A stretch of 64,000 nucleotides of DNA from Styela clava (taxonomy: Eukaryota), in the NCBI RefSeq assembly GCF_964204865.1, contig NC_135257.1, positions 11,904,001 through 11,968,000 of the forward strand, in the 5' to 3' direction. Made by a program: the position numbers and the translations under genes. Shown piece after piece: positions 35,091 through 47,300 of the stretch. How positions within the stretch are numbered: the stretch's first letter is position 1; each line of letters opens with the position of its first letter. The notes below the pieces were generated by a model. It searched no databases and was not told the origin of the DNA. It worked only from the letters and a program-made list of their open reading frames with translations.

Positions 35091-38000
35091 TCAGTTTAAA
35101 GTTGTGCGACTTGCAAAAACAGATCCCTCCGCCATCGAACTCCAAAGTCCACTTCTGTCCGGATTAGTAGAGCCAAGCATACTGCTATTAGCTCCATATG
35201 GGTTTGGTGCTTTGAATCTGAAGTCACTAGTTATGCTGTTTACATCAGGAATATACATAGGTATATAGCTAACACTTCCGTTTGACCAGCACTGGAAAAC
35301 CGATACATAAATAAATAAGTATAGTTTCCGGAAAACAGAAATTATGATGCAAAATTAACCACTTACCACTGTTAAACAGGCACCCATGTCAAAATTGAGT
35401 TTAAAAGCGATGAAAACTGGACTGACACCCTCTTTGCCTTGAAGGAAGCCCCTACATAATATAAGTAACAGATCAGATGCGTCCTTGAAAATTACAAAGC
35501 AAGCTGAAGCACATACGTACACCAACATAGTACTTGCTATAAAAATGCTACAGAGAAAATCAAGTACAACATTCTGGGAGAAATATATTAGGATAAAAAT
35601 GATGAGTGAAATCTAGTCTTACTTTGCTGTGATACTGAACGATGGGTCTTCTGAAGTGCTGAATAATGCTATGAGATGTTGACGTGGATCATCTTTATGA
35701 AACATAATTGCAACCCTTTGACCAGTCTCATCCCACACCATTGAATGAATGCAGTTTGCTCTAAAAATTAGGTAGCCATTGCCAATAAAGTATTCACTCT
35801 GCATTAGTTTTGCGGATATGATAAGCAAAGACAAAAAATTTTACAAACTTAGTTAGTTCCTGCGATTGCCTTTCGCTGTCACTGTCAGCACTTTCATCAA
35901 AATATTTCAAGTCAAGAACGACTGTGGCATGAGCAGATGCAGACGGCGAATCGATACTTTGTGAGTTTGAAAATTTAACACAGTAGATATGTGAATCACC
36001 AGTCAATGCAAAAAGCAATGTCGTTCCTTTTGGGTTCCAGCAGGCACACTGAAATAATTGAATTTCAATTATCAAATCATTTTGACAAACCGAGATTGCT
36101 TTGCTCCTAAAAGGTCTACTCGGCACAATTGGTAATAAAAATCTACCTGAACTCGCCCAGCTAAGTTTGACCATCTCTCATTAGTCCACAATCCTGTTTC
36201 AAAAATACGGAATGAGGAAGAAGGTGTGGCAGCAAGTACTTTGCTCCCATCAGGAGACCACAAGACTCTTGATACCCCTCCACAAGTAGTAACATGTTGA
36301 ATAACTTGATATTCAGCCATGCTAGTATTCCACACCTAGATACATGAAAAGCAAATTCAAATTAGATTGATTGAGTTAATAAAAAAAAATTATTGTAAAA
36401 TAATTACCACTATTGCTGTGTTTAGTGCAGAAACTGCTACAAGCACATCATCACCGGTAGGGCTCCAAGCCAATGAAGTAACAGGACTGTGTCCACTATA
36501 AGAAAGTACTTGTACAGCTCCAGCAGATGGTCTGAAATGAAATGAGCTCTTTTCTCATAAGCGCATAACCAAGCTGACATTATGAGATACTGTTGGTGCA
36601 CTTAACCTGATAAAGTCCATGAAAGTAGCTATATGTTGTCGGCATGATTGTGCGAGCTAATGACTATTATTAAATCACCAACCAAAGATGAAGCTAAAAT
36701 TTGATTGCAATTGCAGGGAATAATAAGATGCTAAGAAAATACAAGTGATATTACAAGAATGACCTTGCTCAAATCTTTGTTCTACAATTCAGTTTTTACA
36801 AAAATAATGACTGAATGCTTATGATGAGTAATGAGTCTGAGTAATGATTGAACTTGCTAAAGCGCTTGCCAACATAGTTGAATATTTGGCGCTACAAAAG
36901 TATGTGTACCAATATGGAGGTAACTAATTCTGTTTGCCTACTTTACATCAAGTTTTGTAAAGGGATGGAAGCCTATGGGCAGGGGATATATTCACTTAGC
37001 TAACAAAAACAGTCCCCGAACTCGTAATAGAACTAAAATAAAGAAAATCTAAATAAAAGTATGCCCTAACCTGGTACACATACTACGGATATACCGAATA
37101 TTTTATACTTGGATAAAGTGAATATATTGAGACAGGAAAAGCACAAAGATTTTAAGAATACTTCATGAATAACAAATATCATAGAATCACCTGGTTGAAA
37201 AAGATGAAGGCTCCACTGTCCATATTAGAATTGCTGTCTGGGAACCAACTGCCAATATTGATGCTGACAAAGGCTTCCATTCTACACAGGTTACATACTT
37301 TTGCAGCTTATGTTTGAGAATGGGAACAAGTGGTCTATAATGTCAAATAACTATTAAATCTTCAAGCAATGTCTGGAAAATGCAGTTACGGTAGTTATTT
37401 TTATTCCACAGTAGGTTACTTGCAGTATGGGTATAGGCCAAACAAGGGCTTTGAGCTGAGCACTTCACCAAAATAGCATTCATTTGTGCGACTATGTGTC
37501 TCTGAAAAACGCTAAACTTACATATTTGTGTAGTGAATTTTAATGGTGTCATCCAGAAGAGCTATTGCTAGCTTGTGTGCTTTAGGGTGCCATGACAAAA
37601 ATCGTATTGGACTAGTAGACCTAAAAATATTAAATTTAAATTAGCACATTTTAAAAACTGCATTCAATGATACAAGCTAAATTATGATATTAGTTCAAAG
37701 TCAAAGTGCTATAGAGTAACAGAAGTTCCTGGATAAAATTAAATATTGATATTATTCAAAGCTAGCATTTTCATAAATGCAACATTGTTATTCCATATGT
37801 GTTCATGATCCTTTCGTTTGCGCTAAGTGTAATAAATTTTTTTTCAATTCAAAAAAATGACATGCGTATATAAAATTACCATTCTCTGTTCATTGAAAAT
37901 TCTGCAATAAGAGCTTCCTGTGAGAGCTGCAAAATCGAGAATTAATATCAAAGTTTTAAATATGTGCATAAATATTATCTTCTACAGTAGTTTCATCGCA

Positions 38001-39940
38001 ATTGTCTCAATATATCTAAATAAAACTGGCAGTAATGATTGCATATTACCAGAGCTATACATATAGCCAGGGATTCCATCGATCTGGAACCCAAAATAAG
38101 GACGACTGGAAAAATATCTGCATTGTGAGCAGAAATAGCTGGCTTTCCTATGGGCTCCAGGTTAATGTCACAATTACAGACGTCACAATGTGCGAAGCAC
38201 TCACCCTTCGAGCTTCGTTTAACTTTGAATTACTTCCCGTACTCACGAAAAACGTTCTTACGTTTGCTCATTTTTAAATTTAGGCTAAAATAGCCACCAC
38301 GACGACAAAACCCAAGGATCGCCACACAAACAAATGAGTAACAATGCTTCATGGCTATCTGTGCCTTGCTTCTTTGTGTTCCAAATAAGATTGTGTTGCT
38401 TTTATGATGCCACAATAAAGCTTTGGCGATAAGACAAACATCTCGAAGCTTCCTTTATGAAGTTCAAATAAGACAGAATAAAGACATGCAAGCCAAAAAT
38501 AAGGAAAAACCTTAGAAATAAGGACGGTATGGAATCCCTGCATATAGCGGTAGTGTGGCGCATAGTACAAAGTGTTGGGAATATGCTCACCACCGCACCT
38601 CTAATTACCTGACGTGAGATAAGAGGTTCGAAACTTGAGGGGTCAAATTATGTGCAACTGCAAGAGGATTGCTGGACTCCTCGCCACCGACCACCGTAGG
38701 GTATAAACGTAACTGCTGATCGGTCACGGCTTCCTCCATCATCAAGTTCATGATTCTGAAACAAATAACTGGCTATCTAATCCCATACTCGACATGGACT
38801 GGTAATAGACGAGAGGCCGTGATTCACCATATGATTAAACCAACTTATCAGCTCTCCTAAATCTGAATCTTAAATATCTAAATCTTATCCGATCCTAATT
38901 AGTAGTTACAAATTATTAACCTTCAAATGAGGAAATAAGGTGAAATTCATTCCACGAATCCATCTCATTCCAATAAGAAGATATTGACAAATATTTTGAA
39001 CAAGTGGATAAACTGGAAAAAAAAAAAAAATCATACAAAATGAACCAAAACCTATCAGAGAGCGAAATAAAATAGACATTGCTATAAGCTGAACTGAAAA
39101 TTCCCAAGTCAATCTTTAAAAAAAAACATCGTACCAATCTGATTTGATTCCTCACTGCATATTTCACCCAACACACCAGCTACTCCAAGATTGTACCTGA
39201 AAAATTTGACGCAAATAGATTCAAATATTCAAGACCAAAATTTTTTTTTATCCCAAGTGTTTTTTTCTGATAACTGCGGTAGAATTTACTACCGCATGGC
39301 TCCCGCTAGCTAGTACGGCCTAACTCAGCAATTAGAAATTTCAGCCCCCCCCCCCCTCCTTTGAAAATTTCTGGCTACGCCCATGTGCACCGTCAAATTT
39401 TCTTATATTATGATACCCTAGTCAGTAGTATCTAAGGATTTACCATGCGGTCTTAAACCTTTGTGCAGTAGTTTCTTTTTGTTCTAAAAATGCAGATTTG
39501 GCAGTTTCCCCAACAATAGCAGGTGTCCTACGTAAACTTTCAGAACTAATTATGATGTAGGGGAAAGTAGATACCTGAAAAAAAAATTCAATACAACAGC
39601 CCGTGTGTTGTAGAATGAAACATCAATAAATACAGAGATACATTTGTTACAACGGAAAAATCTTAGTATAAGATATTTTCATATCGAACACATATCAGCA
39701 TTTTTGAAAAAATTATAGGATGAAAGACTATGTTGAATTTCCAAAAGTACCGTAATATAGTTGAAATAGGATTATTACAATATCACTTACAACTTTGACA
39801 AATACTACACAAATTACCTGACCTTCCATGTATGAATCTATTATTGACTGATCTGTCACATATATAATGTGCCCATTCCTCTCACAAACAGCGATTTCTC
39901 CATCATCTGGTGGTATTAGTGACTGTGACACGCTACACAT
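35091..39940 (-). CDS. AAAS: Aladin (WD40 nucleoporin)
   Basis: Starts [11 protein letters not shown]. Exons encode [15 protein letters not shown]|[10 protein letters not shown]...[90 protein letters not shown] and WSNG.VSYIP; TGA at 35093-35091. Confidence 0.93.
36888..37095. mobile_element. GG..CC MITE (family of 49322 and 62400 copies)
   Basis: GGCGCTAC...GGATATACC with exact 8-bp TSD GAATATTT. Internal sequence aligns with 49322-49526. Confidence 0.8.
38068..38540. mobile_element. hAT MITE (473 bp)
   Basis: 12-bp TIR CAGGGATTCCAT / ATGGAATCCCTG, exact 8-bp TSD CATATAGC, repeated AATAAG(G)AC subterminal motifs. Confidence 0.88.
38549..38900 (+). mobile_element. tRNA-derived SINE
   Basis: A-box-like TGGCGCATAGT and B-box GGTTCGAAAC. 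Body shared with 2765-3058; low-complexity AATCTT/ATCC tail. Confidence 0.7.
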
Positions 39941-40192
39941 CTTTTCGTTGAGTTCAACCCCCAAATTTTGAATGTAAGAATAACATTTGTATCAAACGAA
40001 TAGTCTTTATAATCTGTAACACATAAATGAAATCAATGTTGAAGCTCATTTTTTGAATGTTATTGTTTAGCACAGAATTTGATTATGAGCATTGAATCCA
40101 CATGGGTTTTCTATTTAATATAGTTTAATGAAAAATTCCAAAAATTTTTGAGCTGCCCACCCTTCAGTCCTTATTTACAAATACATTTTTTC

Positions 40193-40379
40193 GGTGACCG
40201 TACATTTGAACCCATGCGTATATCCACGGGTTCAATCTATATGCGGGTGCTAAAACCCATGGGTTAGGGTTAGTATGGGTTTAACTATCCGTGAAACAAA
40301 AAAAATTCCATAGGTGCAATAGCATACAGGTGCAGTTGTCATGGGTTCAAATGTACGTGGGTTCAAATGTAATGAAACC
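40193..40379. mobile_element. GG..CC MITE with 9-bp TSD and GGGTTAGGGTTAG motif
   Basis: TIR core TACATTTGAACCCA / TGGGTTCAAATGTA; TSD CATTTTTTC on both sides. Confidence 0.7.
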
Positions 40380-41316
40380 CATTTTTTCATGCCTTACCTT
40401 ATTTCGCTCGCACTACTTTATGGTAATTTTGAAATAAGGACTGCATTATACATGCAATTATAGAAGAAATATTTCTGGATGGAGATCAAAACATTAAAAT
40501 ATGAACATACTGACATATGCTTTATGACGAAAAATATATGAAACACATGAATAATCAGATAGATGATGCTTATTCCAGTATTCTCCAAACCACCACACTT
40601 AGGCATCAATGTAAAAATATTAATAAAGCAGATTTTGTTTGAATATTCGAACAAAAGATTGCCAATAGGATACTTTGATTCTCATATCAGAATACACGGC
40701 TATTTCGAATTAACTCTGAGCTCATTAAACGGGTATTTATTTTAAGTTCGTTATATTTTATTTTCAGCAATCACAGAATTAAAGCCAAGCAACTTTCATC
40801 GAAGGTTCGTTACACTTCACTTAGCTGCGTTCAGTTTCTGTAACAACTACACGTATATACAAAATAGACATATAAATAACAATTTCAGGAACGAACTTTC
40901 TCACTTGAATTTATTCTTCAATGCAGCCGAGGCGGAACAAATATCCCATGCAAGCAACTTTGAATTCAGGGTAATTTTACCACTGAATTTTACATTTATT
41001 TCATACTCCCTCTCTTGGAGCCATTGATGCGTAAATTTTTTCGCCGTTGAAATTTGTGGTAATCGTTATCATTACTCTAATTTCTGTTAGTAATTGAATC
41101 TAATTGTAATATTTGAACAATAAATTATTTTATTTCATCTAAGTTTCAGCTTTCAATGAAAAATATTGAAGTTTTATTCTTGCTCTATGACGTCATTAAC
41201 TTACCAACCGAAACTCAGAGAATCAACTGGAAGCACGTTGGGTTTGGATTTGGGCGCAGTTGGTTGTCAGTGCTTTATAGTTTGCTTCTTCGTATCTTTG
41301 TATTATATCGTTCAGG

Positions 41317-44300
41317 ATGTCAGCTCCCGTTTTAGTTCTGAGTAAGTATTTGAAACATGGTTGATTGTTCATTTTATTTATCATATGATCTCTAGTAATT
41401 GGTGGTTTGGTGGGAAGGCAATGCTTTTGTTTGAGATTTGCGAAAACCGTCAGGTGGGGACAAGGTTAAGTCTGTAAGTGGTTAGTTACCACACACACCG
41501 AAACTCAAAATTTGGTAAAATAATAACTCCACAGACAGACGGAGGCTTTTCATTTTGGGTTGTTGGCAACATACACATATTACTGTATCCTGGTATCCTA
41601 AATATATCAGTATTTTGGGCAAACACTGTAACTTAACCAATATATTCTGATATTTCCATCTGTCGAACCTAGCTGCCTGGTACTACTGTTTATTAGATCA
41701 CATCATTCCTTTCCATTTCTAAATAATATTATACAAGTCAGCAAGAAGACTAACTTGGGGTTTTTATTTCCAACTTCTTTCAGATCAGAATTCAAAAAGA
41801 GAATCTGGTAAAAAAGTTCAACTTGGAAATGTTAATGCCGCAAAAACGATAGCAGATGTCATTCGAACATGCCTCGGTCCAAGATCAATGATGAAGGTTG
41901 CTATTGATAAATTTATATAAAAATTACTAATTATTTCATCGGTTTTATTCGAAAAAAATTATTCAACTCGAAATTACTGTAAAGACAAAAAATGAAAGTT
42001 AGTTGGCAAATGAACTAAAATCCAATAAGTTGGACCAAAAGTAGTTTGCATTTTCCTGAGATGGTTTTGTAATGCTACGCACCGAGATATTCAACTACTC
42101 AAGATTGTATACATGTATTCAAACTGTAAGCTGGAAACACAATATTATGTTGTTTAATTCACCTATGCATTTTATTAATCTATATCAGTGATTCTCAAAC
42201 TTTTCAAGCCACGCCCCCCTTTTTAGAATTTGTAAAGACTTGTGCCCCCACGTCACAAATACAAGCTACAAATAACAGATAGTAAGTCGAAATTATGTTT
42301 TGTTCGAAAAGCGCGTTAGATATCAGTGGATGAAACATAAAAAATGAAATAAATAAAGTTTTGAAATGTGAATATTCACAATAAGGCGGGCGAGATGAAA
42401 TTAAACAAATATTGTTATTTTTTTAATTAGCTTTACGCACCCTCAAAAAATTGTCTACACCCCTTGTGGGGCGCGACCCACCGTTTGAGAACCACTGATC
42501 TATATATTAGATTAGCTGTCTATATATAGATTCCTTTGTTTTTTAAAAAAGGTGCGCCTGACATATCAGTGACTGCATGTGTAGAGCCTTGTTTTGAGTG
42601 AAGCCATGAAAACATAAAAACCAACTTTTCAAAAATTGTAGCTTCCTACCTTTCAGTGGCTGCTTGTGCAGAGACTTGTTTTGAGTGAAGCCAAGGAAAC
42701 AAAAAACTGACCTTTCAAAAATAGTAGCTTCCTACATTTCAGGGGCTACATGTGCAGTGCCTTGCTTTGAGTGAAGGGGCGAAAAAGTGGTAGAAAAGTC
42801 TTTCCTGAATAACTTAACGACTTATTGGGATCTCAAAATAATTTTGCATTTTTTTAACATAGATGTTGATGGATCCGCAGGGTGGAATTGTGATGACAAA
42901 TGACGGAAATGCTATTTTGAGAGAAATTCAGGTGAAACTAAAATGTGACATTACCATATTCATTTTTGTATTCAAATTGGATGCAATCATTTTGAGACTA
43001 ATCTTGGATTCCGACTGATATTTTGTATACAAATTGATACCAAATATGAAATGAATAAAATAGATTATCAAGATAATAGAGCATATGGCAGTTACAATTA
43101 GTAAAATATGCTACAATGAATGTATATGTCTTCAATTTGCGCTCTGAAAAATTTTGATATTACCGGTAGTTACTGCAAATTTTTCATCATACTAAATGAT
43201 TTCTATCGTTTTAATTATTCAAGTAGAATTTTTCAGACATCTTTAATAATAGTTCCAAATCTTGTTAAATCCTAATTGTTTGAACATTTCTGCTTAAAGA
43301 CTTTGTTAAATGTCGACCACTATTAAGAAACTAAGAAATTTTGTTCGATTTGTAATCTTAGGTACAACATCCAGCTGCAAAATCTATGATTGAAATCAGC
43401 AGAACACAAGATGAAGAAGTTGGTGATGGAACTACCTCTGTCATTATTCTTGGTTCGTGTTACCATCCGTTTTATATTTAAAATGATAATGGGTAAACAG
43501 AAGCTGTGTACTGAAAATTTTTGGTTCGATTGAATAGGTTTTAATATAATCTTTCATCAAATGTTATTGGGTTATTACTACCTGTAAAAAGATTGGGATA
43601 TTGTTCGTTCAAAAGGGGGTAATCGTAGTTACTTTGATTGGCCTTTGTTTACTTTTATTCGACTTATGTCATACCGCATGCTTATTACTTTTTCCTTTTT
43701 TGAGTTGATTAGAAACAGGTTTAAGAGAGATTCAGACTTTATGCCTTCTTTCTGTTCATTCTTATTAGCTATTATCATTATTTAGTAATATATATCCTAT
43801 TCATATTACATAAAGAAGAATTATGATTACTTAGGTGCAGGTGCATATTGTTCCTGCTCTTTTTGTTTAACTAAAGTTTACTTATCTTCAAAACACCAAA
43901 TTTTTATTTTGTCCCAGCTGGTGAAATGATGGCAGCGGCTGAACAATTCTTGGAGCAAAAAATGCATCCTACTGTTATTATTGCTGCTTATAGACAAGCT
44001 TTGGAGGATATGCAAGAGGCATTGAATGAGTTGAGGTAAGTTACTAGTTAGTACTTTGATGCAAATTCCAGAATTCAAGGCTATTGGTGCAGTTTTACTA
44101 TAAATATAATTATAGTGAAGTCAGATGAGAAATTTTCTTTTTATTAAGAGTCTTTATGGTAGTATATTTGTATCAAAAGTCTATTTAAAATGGGAGCACG
44201 CAATATTTCCCCCAAATTTACTGGAATTCACAAACATTGTCTGTATTGAGTATACCTCATGTTGGTGAAAATAATATATTCAACTCACTATAACACAATA

Positions 44301-47300
44301 CAGATTTTGTTAAGGTTTGAAGATGATTGTAAAATGGACTGACTTAGGAAATTTAGTTTTCAGAAACCTGTAATGAAATAAGCTTTCATGTCAAATAAAG
44401 TGCAATGTCAGGTGGTGAAACCATCCCAAGTCCTAAATTTACTCATTTGAATAGAATAGGCAATACAATAAGATCTACCTGGAATGGTTTTAGCAGTAAT
44501 GTGAAGTGTTCATCATTTTTCTATGTTTCTAGTGTAACTGTCGATGTCAGTGATCCGAAAGTAATGAAAAAAATAATTGCAAGTACGATCGGAACCAAGT
44601 TCATTAGTAAATGGACAGACCTTGCATGTGACATGGCAATAAAAGCAGTAGCTACAGTTGCGATTGAAGACAAAAATTCGGGTCAAAAAGAGATTGATAT
44701 CAAGCGATATGCTAAAGTTGAAAAGGTGACTTTATGTTGTTCTTTATAAACATATGTCAATTTGCGAATATGTATCATTGTAAAGCTGCATTTCTAATAC
44801 AAGAGCTCAATTGTCTAATATGGCCAATGCAATGGCAAAATAAATTCTAGCCCAAAAACGTCAAGAGAGTTGTACCGAAAGTCATATAAAGGTGTAGCTG
44901 TTATCAGTTATAATTACCAAGATAATTGAAATATTTTACCTTAAATAATAATAGCCTCGTAGCGACTTCCATCTTTAAATATTGAAAACAGAAGTCAATT
45001 AGCTCGAAAGAAAAAAATAGTTCAAATTAGCTGGGAAGAAAACCAATTTCTCCGAATAAAAACAATAACCCCAATAGGGCACAACAACAATCTTGCAAAA
45101 TAATAAAAGGTTCGTTATTTATTGACAGGCTTACCACATGTCCCGGTTTAGCCGTGACTGATTTTGACAAGCTGTCTGGACCGTAGACTCAAATGTCCCG
45201 GTCATACAGTATGACAGTCATGAATATTTTTTTACTTATTAACCATACAATTTTTTTATGTTAGTCCATTTATCTCTCCAACAGTTCTGTGTGTTTTCCA
45301 ATAATTTCAATCTAGCACAGTGGTTCCCAACCTTTTTTGGCTCGCGACCCCCTTTTGTGATTTACACATACCTTGCGACCCCCTGCCTCACTATCTTTTC
45401 TTATAAATAAAATAATTTAATTTCCCATCAAGCAGCAGTTTTTCTCAATGTTACGGCTGACATTGAAACCCCGTAACCAACTGCGTAATTCGTGGTTGAG
45501 TTTTCGACAAAGCTAATCTCATATATATTATGCTAGACCGGGTTCATGTCGCCGGAAAAATTCTTATTCTTCGTGGTGTATGTGGAATGCTTAGTCTCCA
45601 AATGACATTTCAATTTGGACGATTTCATGGATTCAGCACTGAGAACGACATTGCACAAAACACACTGCGGCTTCCCGCTGATGACGTAGGATGTGAACCC
45701 GAACTTCAAATAGTCTTCCTCATATTGTCGCTTCTTCACCGTGGTATCGTATATAAAATAACGGAATTATAACGTTACTGCAGAATGTATGATAATCTTC
45801 ACGTTGAAACAACATAGACTACAAGCCTACCTCGCAGTAAACCCCCTGGTATCGAAATCCTGGAGTTCCACAGCATTGCTTCGAAGCTTTACCGCATTGC
45901 GGAAATGCAGACGCGTTCGTGTGACGTCACAATGGTTTACATGCCATAAACATCTCGCGCCGCTTGCTTGGTTTCCAAACAAGAAGCGACATTCCGGGGT
46001 CTCACGACAGCTAGTGGAAATATCTCATTCCAGACTTCTTTGCAATCTATTGACAATATTTAACCTAAAGCTTTGTAATATTTTTTACTGTTTTGCAAGA
46101 CTTTTGCGACCCCCCTAGAAACCCGCCACGACCCCCTAGGAGTCGCGACCCCAGGTTGGGAACCACTGATCTAGCATCTAACGTTAGCTGTACTGTCGTA
46201 AATTATTCAAAATGCAGAAACGAAAGTGCACGTTTTCCAATAATTTGAATATTATTGAGCCTCGGAATCGAACCAAGATTTGTCCAATCTGCACTGTCCC
46301 GTATTTTTGATTCATATATATGGTCAACATACCTATTGATTGCCAAATTATATTAGCATTAAATTTTTTCGCAGTGGCAACTGATTTGTGCCAAAAAATC
46401 TTTATTATTACTGACTTATGGCCAATAGTAGTTGTCTGTGACGGAGATGGTCAGATGTATTAACTATTTTATATGACAGGTGCCAGGTGGTACTATTGAA
46501 GAATCCTGTGTACTTCAAGGTGTCATGCTAAACAAAGATGTCACCCATCCCAGAATGAAACGCCGCATTGAGAATCCCAGAATTTTGCTTCTCGATTGTC
46601 CTCTCGAATACACAAAGGGAGAGAGTCAGGTAAAAAGAAATACTTCTACTAAAGCTTAACCTTAACATTGCTGAATGACAATGAAAGCATGGAGTCCACA
46701 GTTTTTTAATCCTTAACCGAGATGTAAAACGGGTTTTGGTACTATATTATTCAACATCAACACTATAGTTTTTAAAATTTCATTTGTGCGCTCCTTTTGA
46801 ACTGTTTTTTTATATAAATAAATTTTGAATATTAAATTAAACTATATTAAATTGACATAAAAAGTGTATATTATTTTTATTTTCAAAAGTTTTATATTTC
46901 ATTATTTTGATAGTCTTAAAGTTGGCTGGCAGATCAGTCAACATTGGTTATGTTAATATGAGTTTACTTTTTATTTACGGATGTCAAAATCTTCTAGTTA
47001 TTTATATATATTTGGGAACAAACTATCAATTTACCAAGCATTTTTAAGTTATTGTACAGCCGCAGATTATTAACGAATAATTTTTCTTCACAGACTGACA
47101 TAGAACTTACAAAAGAAAATGATTTTAATAAAATCTTACAATTAGAAGAAGAATACATACGCCGGGTCACTTCAGAAATTATTGCATTTAAACCTGATTT
47201 GGTTTTCACAGAGAAAGGAATATCTGGTGAGATCAACCTGAAATTATGGATACAGTTTTCGTTAATTATTATGCCATATCACAGGAACAAAAAGGCTCCA

